Positions 54,420 to 64,000 of a stretch of DNA of 64,000 nucleotides are shown here, in pieces (position 1 is the stretch's first letter; each line of letters begins with the position of its first letter). This DNA is from Octopus vulgaris (Eukaryota), in the NCBI GenBank assembly GCA_951406725.2, contig OX597815.1, positions 102,548,001 to 102,612,000 on the forward strand, written 5' to 3'. The notes under the pieces were generated by a model. The model ran no database searches. It worked only from the letters and a program-made list of their open reading frames with translations, and was not told where the DNA came from. The translations under genes were made by a program, and so were the position numbers.

Positions 54420-55100
54420 GCGGGTATCGAAATGTTGATTCAAAACGAGTACCTCGGCAGTTGACACCCAATTGAAAGGTGAGGAGGAGCAAGTCTACTC
54501 TAATATGTTCATAGTTCTTGAACCAAATGAAGACTATTACTTTCTCTATCTGGAGCCAGAGGACGAAATGTGAGCTTATCTTCATGATCCGAAACGAAAG
54601 CTCAGTCCGTTGAGTGGTGGTACTCCTTTTCTTCAAGGCCTAAGATTGTCAAAAGTCAGCGATCGATACAGAAAGGCATAGTGACTGTTTATTGGAAATG
54701 TGAAGAGCGTCATAATTCTTGATTTTCGAAAGAATGACAGGGTACATTGACTCATTCCAAAAGCATAGACAAGCCATTAGAAAGAAGAGCTCGAACAAAA
54801 TTCTGATGTGTGACCTCCAAAATATCTTTGGTAACAAATAAGGCAATCGGTACATTTGGATAGTTAGAGGTCCACCATCCACAGCACAGTCCTATCTAGT
54901 GACCTCCAACTCCCACCTGTTCGATCTAATGAAGGACATTTTTGAGAAAAATTTGATAGCACAGACAAAGTGAAAGTTGCCGTGAAAATGTGAGTAAAGA
55001 TTGCACATATAACATTTTCAGAGACTTGAGTTCAGTGATGAGCAAATGCATCACTTGCGATGCAAATGCATCACCTCTGATGGCACTTATTAAATAGTAT
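54420..55100 (+). mobile_element. Degenerate mariner catalytic-domain remnant
   Basis: SKRVPRQLT (WVP..L-like) at ~54440; HSPYLVTSNSHLFDLMK (YSPDLAP.D.HLF-like) at ~54885-54935. Confidence 0.65.
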
Positions 55101-57499
55101 CTTTATATATGGGAATAGTTACTCCATATGCAACTACAACAGATATTACTCACTAAAAGAGATGCAAGCTTCTATATTACTTTCAGCCCAACCTGCGCGT
55201 ATGTATGTATGTATGTATGTATGTATGTATGTATGTATGTATGTATGTATGTATGCATGTATGTATGTATGCATGTATGTATGCATGTATGTATATGTAT
55301 GTGTGTATGTATGTATGTATGTATGTATGTATGTATGTATGCATGTATGCATGTATGTATGTATGTATGTATGTATGTATGTATGTATGTATATGTATGT
55401 GTGTATGTATGTATGTATGTATGTATGTATGCATGTATGTATGTATGTACGTATGTATGCATTTATGTATGTATGTATCCATGTATGTTTGTATGTATGT
55501 CTATATGTATATACTCATATACGAACTCAGACAGATTCATATTAAACCAGGAACGAGAAAATGTGTTCTAACGTCTGATTCCTAATAGGTTATTTCGAAT
55601 TCTATTATAGTTACTTTCTCCTTTATCGGCGCTATTTTCATTGAATTAAGTTTGAATTAATAGGATACTTTGTATGCTTTTATTTATTATTATTTCTTTT
55701 TATCTATAATTCTATTTTTAATGCGCATTTGGATCACTTATAGTAATCGTTACACTGTTAACATTTTCTTCATTTAAGTTTGTTATATGTTTATTGCTGG
55801 CTTTATTTATTTGGAAGAATTTATTGAAGCGTAAATGTTATGGATCTCTATTTGGACATTGTTTATTTCTGTAAATAATGCATCTTACGTTGACCTTCAT
55901 GTACATCACATTTCCTATTAATAGGCATAACTTTTTCGAATCTATAGCTGATTTAGAAAACAATTAATGGTGGTTAATATTCTTTGAATTCAATTGGAAG
56001 GAGCGAATATTCAGAAACGCTCCTCTAGATAAACAAATTTGCCAAGCTAGATAAATGGTAGGTAAATAGCTGAGAAGCATTGACCAATGGTTTTCTTTAG
56101 AAAATTTCATTTCGTATAAGATAAGTGGCTAATATTTTTTGTTACGAATTATTTTATGGTATTAATTTAGTTTTAGGGTTCCCATTTCATAATTTACAGG
56201 AATTAATAACATTAGGAATTCTGATATTTATCTAGAGTGCTTACAATATAGAGGATAGTACACAGTTCAAAAATATTTTCTTAAATAATTCATGTTAGGT
56301 TACTTGGTTTGCGCTCATACTGTCTTGAAATATCTGAAGGGATTTTATAGGTGTCCGTAGTGTGTATGATAGTATTTGCTATATTAAACTATGGCAACGC
56401 CTCGTTAAGTCGTGAATCCCTTCGAGGTCGATTTTGTATCCCATCCTTCTAGTCCCCTTTGAAATGATTATTAGTCAAGTGATAAAGTTAATATGGTCGA
56501 CATTACGTATTTAGTACCATGTCAATGTGATTAAGTTAGAAATCAATAAATAACTTATCATAGCTGCTTGATCCATTTAGCTTTTCTTGTTAAATGATTG
56601 TATTTGCTTGTAAGTTATTTCAGAAAATATTTTCCATTGCTGGGATATTCCAGCCGTTGTGTCTGTTAAAAACCAAGTTCACTTCTATTTTGATTCATTT
56701 CGTTATTCCTACTCTTTCATTTACTGATCTTTTAGGGTTGCTTTAATAATCTGCGCTGCTTTATGCGGTGACTGGTAACTTTCCTTTATATTTAGGCCCA
56801 ATGTTTCCTTTTAGACATATGAACTGCTGTGATTTGTGTTATATGTGACTTCAAATAACCCACTTTGGTGCAAGAAGCATTCAAGTGGTCAAAATAACTT
56901 AATTTGTCGTATTTTGCTTTAGTGTCATCTCATAGTATCTTTCTTCTTTTACTTTCTCTTTCTTTTTCATACTTTAGAGTTCTGAATAAGTTTTTATGTT
57001 TTTTCAATTTTGAAGTATAGGATGTTTTTCTTCCTTCAGTATTGATACGTGTATTCTCTATCCATCTCAGTTTAATCAGATTATTTTCACTGTCATTTCC
57101 ATGAATCTATCGAAGCATCTCAAGCCTATATTCGTTTAGATATTTCGACAGCTACTGAGTAAATCAATTCGTTCAGATACCATTCCTGTTGTCACTTTCT
57201 CTCTCTAAAAGCTAATTTTTTTTGTGTAATTAGCAAAGTTTTCTACTGATATTATCTAAGCTTATTTTGTAAGAACAATCTTTTGTTGTTATTTACACTT
57301 TGCCTGATTTATATTTTCTACCTTTGGTGTAAGCAGAAGTCTCTTGTAATTTACAGAAATGTTTCTGGTCCTCCTTGTTCCTTGAAGGGTCGTCAATTTG
57401 TTGGTATTTGTGGTATTGCTGAGCTAACAACTGTCTATCACGATTCTACAAAACTGGATCAGTTTTTATTAATTTCTACTGTGTATATATTTGTATAGA

Positions 57500-58800
57500 G
57501 TCTAAGAGATTTTGCGCGTTAATGCAGATTATGAATGCTGCTTCTTAAAATATTTTGATTATGGTATAATATTTTGCCTTTAGAATAGATTTGAGTAAAG
57601 TTGACAACCCCTTTCTATCTTGAGGTTCTATCCACCGGAGTCCCTCATTCCCTTTCAATTGCTAAATTATCTCACAATCTTGGATTAAATGTTGCTCTAC
57701 ATTATCCACATTGTATTTTTAATTCCTTTCGTTGGGTATATGCTGATCTTTGGTAAGCTGACACGGTATAGACGAATATTCCCTGTCATTTAACTCTCGA
57801 GTGTTTATTTAATCTATCCGCTAAAATCATAGACGTTTCCCGAACGTATGCTATATTCCGGTTCTTACAAGCACCTTTAATGCGGTTTATGCTGTAGATC
57901 ACATTCCTGGTCTTACAATTAACACTAGAGTTACAAGTACATAAAATACAGTTCCTATTATTACATGTCGTCATACATAAATGTTATCTGATGGATCACC
58001 CTAGTTTCTCTCCGATCTTGATGCTGAGTTTAGCGTCCTTAAATAAGGTAAATTTAGAAAGTTTTTTAAAGACGCACAGGAATTCAGATAAAGTGTCTTG
58101 CAAAGCAAATACAAAGCGAAATACGTTTCTTGCTATAGACTGTGAATATGTGCAGTGCGAATGCTGAAGAAGTTTTATACGTAATTTCTAGTATACATTT
58201 TATATGGTCATTGAGTGTGATGATTACTGGTATAAAGATTCGGATTTTAGTCTGTTTGTTTAGATTCAGGTTCTTGTTAGATTAGGGTAAGTTGTGCAGC
58301 TATTGGGGGAATAGTAGAACAATGTGTAAATGCTGATGTGTGGGACAGATGTTTGCGGAGGTGTGAGAAAGTTGTGTAAGAATAAATTGAGATAGTACTC
58401 TATTCGAGAAATTACCGATGTATGACGATTAATCATTGTGCGCTACTGAGACTTTCAACGAATTCCCTAAACAATGTTTTGTATTGTTTCGGAAAAAGAC
58501 GATTGCTTAGAGGAGAGCATAGACTGTAGTAAAGTCTTTGCTGAAGATGACCTTATATTTTGCATATTGCAAAAAGCAAGAGGATTTTTCTTGAAACAAT
58601 GGTGTTTTATTTGTGTAATATCTAAAAAGAGAGCAGTGGTTGAGAGTAATCATCTGAAACACGCCTTTTGAATAGAAAGAGGAAAACTTTGCTTGATGAC
58701 AAAACAAAAACCTCTTAGGATAATTGAACGTAGAAAGATAACGTGTCCGCGTGACCCTTCCTCAGTTGGATTCTGCTCTTCTATTTGATTATTTCCTTTA
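57500..58800 (-). mobile_element. Degraded Penelope-like element (RT thumb + Cys-linker + GIY-YIG)
   Basis: CNNRNCILC...NCKTRNVIYSI...C....AYVRETSMILADRLNKH (57786-57974); LFLDIT at ~58615-58635. Confidence 0.78.
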
Positions 58801-59037
58801 ATATTTTCATGCTATCCTTGTGTATAGTGGCAGTTAAATGCTATAGGAAAAGTGATTGATGAGTAAGTTACTATTGCTGTATGGATATATTATTTTAATT
58901 TGTATAATTTATATGCGATGATTTGATGTTGTTAATGCAGCTAATTACCTAAGAGTTATTTTCTTTTGTGAAATATTCTTAATGACTTATACAATGACAT
59001 TTGAATTAGGACATTATATATATATCTACATACATAC

Positions 59038-59087
<50 letters not shown>

Positions 59088-59325
59088 GTATGTATATGCA
59101 TATACGAGGCCAATAGACGAGATCCAGAGATTCTCAGTGTAGAAAACACTTAATAGCTCTGAAATAATTTGAACTTACAAGTCCTCGGGGTAAAGAATGG
59201 CTATAAGAAGAATCGAGGTGAGTATATAGATATGGAGACAATGATGCAATTAAACAAATAAAACTGTTTATATAAATATATATATATGAATATAAACAAG
59301 AAAAAGCAACAAAAATGGATCAAAT

Positions 59326-59416
59326 ATTTCGGTACAACTGTTTCGTACGAAGACCACCTTTATTAAGGCCGCAAATATTGCAGCAAATACACGTGACCCG
59401 TACTCATCAGCCGAAA
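59326..59416 (-). ncRNA. Type I hammerhead ribozyme (sense to the PLE)
   Basis: uuucgg-CUGAUGA-guacg...cguac-GAAA-caguug-UA|ccgaaa: complete core, stems I and II pair, predicted cut after GUA (59333). Confidence 0.88.
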
Positions 59417-60921
59417 AACATCTGAGTTCTCAAAACATCTAAGGGGGTGAGGCTACACTCATGAAACATTCGGGATAGTTCTATAAAAATCAGATTTAGA
59501 TAATAAACGGACTTCCAAAGTTCTTTAATGTTGCACATTCAAATAACAGGCTTTAAAAAAGTATTTTAAAAAACCTATTAGTTTCACAGAAATTGAAAAT
59601 GTAAATCCATCCATAATAATGAAGTATGTTTGAATTCTGGAGATATGAGGAGAGATTTCATACTCACAGACGATGTATTTATCCATAATTAGTTCATAAT
59701 AAAGAGGATTTCCTGATGTATGATGGTATGCTGGTTGCATTTCTGATCATTTGTCAAAACTGCTATGTTAGAATTTGTTGAAGGAAATTTAGTGGAGCGT
59801 ATAGACAATCACTCACAAAGGGTATAAAGGGTTAACTGAGAAGAAATGGGGTTGTAAATATCCACCTACGCAGAATAGTTTATCTCAGTGGAGACAAGCC
59901 GACTGGGTCAGAATTTGTAAGAATCTAAGAGTTTTAAAAAAAGGAAAGCTAATCTTGACCAGTATTCCGTTGTTAATTGCTATATAAAGAGGACAAGGGA
60001 AGTTAAAGGCGGGTCAAAAGGTTATCACTATAGGAAAAAGTATTAGCAGATTTCAGTGCAACACTAGAAAGGAGGTCATTCAATATATTTCTTTATCTAT
60101 TAATGTTACTACTTATACATTGGCAGACTTGAGGACTGCATTTAGGGGTCAAAAGAAAGAATTGGGAGTATTGTTTTTCATAATGAAAAAGCGTTATATT
60201 ATTTCTATGGGATTAGCTTTAATTTACTTATAGTATATAAAAGAATTACGAAGTTTTATTAACTTATTTGCTTTAAGTTGGTTTACCTAAATTAGAAAAA
60301 AATTAGATTAAATTAATTTAAATTATCTATATAGTCTATTAGAATGAAAGTTTTTTAGCAACTGATTTATTTCTTTATGTTCCAAATCTGGTACATTTAG
60401 AGAGAAAATAACCATAGCTTATGAGCTTGCAGCTATCTATTTAAAATAAATATATAAGAGTATTGCTATATTATTATAATAAGCAAGATAGACAAATCAC
60501 CAAATGGTTTTTATATACGGTTGTCATTTAAAATATTTTAGAGTTTAACTCTAGCGTGAATACAAGATAAGACCCAATTCTATACGGTTATTCAATAAGT
60601 AATCATTTCTTCTGTGCATTAGTATTTCAAATGTTTCCATGGAGCAAAGTTGGCAACCAACTCTGTTATTTTTATAAGGCATCGCTCTTCTAACTAATTC
60701 CCAATTAAGGTTATATTTAATATTATTGTTTTTTAGTTCCCATATCTTATTTGAAAGTGTGGTGCTATCAGCTTTATGACGTAATTTGAAAGAAGAGAGA
60801 TGGTTGCTAAGACGTTTTTTAAAATGTACAGTACACTCTAAATAAATAAATTTGTTATTCTCTGTAGCTATGGTACATTTATAGATTACGTTATTTAACC
60901 CGCATAGACCAGGTGCCGGGC

Positions 60922-61013
60922 ATTTCGGCTGATGAGTACGGGTCACGTGTATTTGCTGCAATATTTGCAGCCTTAATAAAGGTGGTCCTCGTACGAAACA
61001 ATTGTACCGAAAT
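60922..61013 (+). ncRNA. Type I hammerhead ribozyme (inverted copy)
   Basis: auuucgg(60922-28)-CUGAUGA(60929-35)-guacg...cguac-GAAA(60995-98)-caauug-UA|ccgaaau(61007-13). 7 bp stem I; palindromic stem III ACAAUUGU. Confidence 0.9.
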
Positions 61014-62289
61014 ATTGATCCATTTTTGTTGCTTTTTTCTTGTTTATAATCACCCCGCATTATCTTATGGTTAATACCATATAGATTTCTGGTGCATCTA
61101 AGTTAAGTACCTCATTCATGTAAATTCAACAGAACTCACTTGAATCTTAATTGCTTTTACTGTATATATGAATATATGTACAGACGCAGCTGTGGGACTT
61201 GTAACGCTATATCTTCTCTCATTAATTTTTCTGTATCTTTGTATTCTGTGTAAGTTTGCGTTGTTAATGCATATATTTGTATTTGAATATTGATCGTCTG
61301 AAAATAAAACCCAAGCAGTTTCCTTTGTTTATTTGTATCATTGCTCTTCCCCTTCTCTCTTACTTTTCTTATAATCGTACTACATACATAAAACATCTAT
61401 TTGAAACTAATACTTCCATGAATTAATCTCCATTAGGATTATCATCATTTCTTCAATGATAAACTCATAGGGCTTTGTTATCACTAATATTCAAAACAAA
61501 ACTGGAATATTTGCGGTAATTAGTATTCGATATTGTATGTCATCTTACAATAATTGTTATCTGAAAATTGGCATCTTTTCTTCATTATATCTAAAATGTT
61601 CAGAATATGTCTTTTCTTCTTGAAGCAATTTTCTATTGCTTCCTTTCTAACAGAAACATTGGCTAATCATCAAGATCTTAGATATCCGAGAGAGACAATT
61701 GCTTGTTAATGAAGAACAATATCAGGGTTTTAAATTTAGCAACCGAACGTTTGAGAGCTCATATTCCGCGAACACCTCCTCCTGGATCTCGGGTGCTACT
61801 AGCAGAATAAACTCTGTTGCAATCATTCGAACTAAGTCTCCTGTCTGACAATATCCTATTCTTTTACCCCTGTCAATTGCTTAGGTCCTGAATGCTGCCC
61901 GGATGCTGCACTTATTCCACTTAAATCTTGTAAAAATCTAAAATAGAGTGCTACACCCATCGTCACAGACTGGGCTGAAGCGAACTGTTTTGACCATGAT
62001 AATCTACACTGTTTCTTTTTTGTCATCCTTATATTGAGGATTCCACGGATCGCTGTTTCTGAAGACCAATGTAAGGGTAAGTTACAACTGTATGAAAAAC
62101 ATTTGTTGCACAATGAGTCAAAATGCAATTATTCTGTGGTTACACAAGCAACTGCAGTGGTTAAAAGAGGTCTACTCCTACAAAGTAAATTCTTAGAAAG
62201 AAATATCATAACATCATAAAATGCAACGTGCGAATGAAAAAAAAAGCCACCTGTTATTCACAAGCGAGTATGACCTGGTAACATTTACC

Positions 62290-62570
62290 TTCTGTTCGCT
62301 TGTTGTTTTAGGTACTTAGGTAATCTCGAGCAGATATGGACACCTTCTCGTCCCTACAACTCTTGATTCAGCAGAACATCGTAAGTGAACATTTAGAAAG
62401 AGAGAAGGCTGCAGCAGCACACTGCTGCTATTCAGTTTCATCTGAGAAGATTAGAGTAACTGAACCGAACTACTTCTGACAAAGCACACAATGCAGTGCC
62501 CAGTCTAGGAATAGAGCCCATTACTTTATGATCGGTAACCAAATGCCCTTATCATTAGGTGCATTCATTT
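62290..62570 (-). mobile_element. Degenerate tRNA-derived SINE (related remnant at 1-180)
   Basis: caaagcacacaatgcagtgcccagtctaggaatagagcc..ttatgatc resembles caaagccacaactttacccagtccagaaattgag..ttatgatc at 91-140. Confidence 0.55.
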
Positions 62571-62732
62571 CCATTGAATGATAGAAGACATATTAGAAAA
62601 GTGTTTGCACCGACAAAGCACCTTTTTCACCTTTGTGGTTTGGAAAATTCTCCACCACAATGCAAACACAAATACATCTACAGATCATAAACTATCGAAA
62701 GAAATACGATTATAACATGGATATTTACAGAG

Positions 62733-62811
<79 letters not shown>

Positions 62812-63290
62812 CGGAGAGTGAGAGGGAGGGAGAGAGAAAGCAAAATCATTTACGGAAATGATTTAAGCTCAAAACTCTATTAACCTTAATTCTGAAAGTA
62901 TGTTCGAAATTCATCGTTAAGTGATAGTCTAATCCTATTGAATAATTTCAAAGCTTTGTGAACAGAATCCAGTGTCATTGATCATATAACCTATGAACAT
63001 AATCAATCCAAATAAAGTTGGTACTATTGTATTTGATGGTGTCCAGTACCTTTTAAACATCGTAACATCCATTTTGCATTTTAGTTTTCATTATCACTCT
63101 TTCAAGTATGGTTGTTTGTGAAATACATCATACTGAAGCAATGGCTCTCGTAAAATAATGTTGCTTACCGTTATGTTATATATATATATATATATGTTTG
63201 TGTGTGTGTGTGTGTGTGTGTGCGTGTGTGTGTGTGTGTGTTCTGTTGTGAGTGCATGTATGTACATACATACATACATACATACATACA

Positions 63291-63352
<62 letters not shown>

Positions 63353-64000
63353 AATATTTCTGAAATTACATCGGGAATACTCTTTAAAGTGGGAAAACGC
63401 TAGAATGTTTCATAAACAAGAATTAGGGGTCTATAATGTTTAAATTAACTGTATGAAAAGAGAGAAATACAATACAATTCAAAGCAAATAGACTAAAAGT
63501 TGCACCCTTACGCAACCATACACGCATTAGTACAGGAATTTGGGATTACAGAGGTGCTACATGCAAGCAAGTCGAAATATCATTCAAGATGTGGTTACAA
63601 AAAAGAAAAAACAAAGAAAGAAAACGTCGTTCAAAATAAACGAAGGTAGATACTAAAACATAATTTTGCTTACATTTCTGTTATTTCCTGGGGTAATTTC
63701 TTTTATAATATAATTATTTTTTTGATTGCACTACATCGGGCTATACAATTCTCTTACTTTCTATGTCAAATGACATAAAGAACAAATACCAGAAACAATG
63801 TGCCATTATGCAAAATTTCATTTGGATAGGTGCAAAACTGTGGCCTACAACCCGCAACATGAAAACATACATTTATTATCATATATTTAGATAAAACTTA
63901 CATTTATACGCATATCGTATATTTCACCGAGGTACAAATTGTGTTTTGGAATGTTTGCGTTCATAAAAATACAAATACATCGGCCATCAACCTAAAATAA

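Larger units (their letters stand above)
59291..61048 (-). mobile_element. 5'-truncated Penelope-like element with inverted terminal duplication
   Basis: GIY-YIG piece NNVIYKCTI...IYLECTVHFKKRLSNHLSSF...TTLSNKIWELK...CQLCSMETFEI (60551-60900). 59291-59416 is a near-identical reverse complement of 60923-61048. Left end lies in (TA)n. Confidence 0.9.

Noticed and set aside
61200-62200. Complex ORF-like sequence
   Set aside because: The frames I translated are interrupted by stops and show no recognisable motif; left unassigned.

Overview
AT-rich, microsatellite-dense eukaryotic DNA made almost entirely of transposable elements. The SINE families and repeat style suggest an octopod cephalopod (inference from recalled repeat sequences, not a search). 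I found no intact protein-coding gene, rRNA, tRNA gene or CRISPR array, and most track ORFs are microsatellite artefacts. Retroelements present: a degraded Ty3/Gypsy element with a 3' LTR; many R4/Dong-like LINE pieces clustered at trinucleotide repeats; Tx1/L1, CR1 and I-group LINE remnants; and several tRNA-derived SINE families. DNA elements present: a 7 kb Helitron with both termini, a non-autonomous Helitron, hAT and mariner fossils, and foldback MITEs. Two signals stand out. (1) Penelope-like elements at (TA)n tracts form long inverted repeats and carry hammerhead ribozymes, including a canonical pair at 59326-59416 (-) and 60922-61013 (+). (2) An apparently intronless host pseudogene (hydrophobic leader, Ser/Thr stalk, C-type-lectin-like domain) at about 41910-44140 (-) is split by a SINE and a CR1 insertion. 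All identities were judged by eye.
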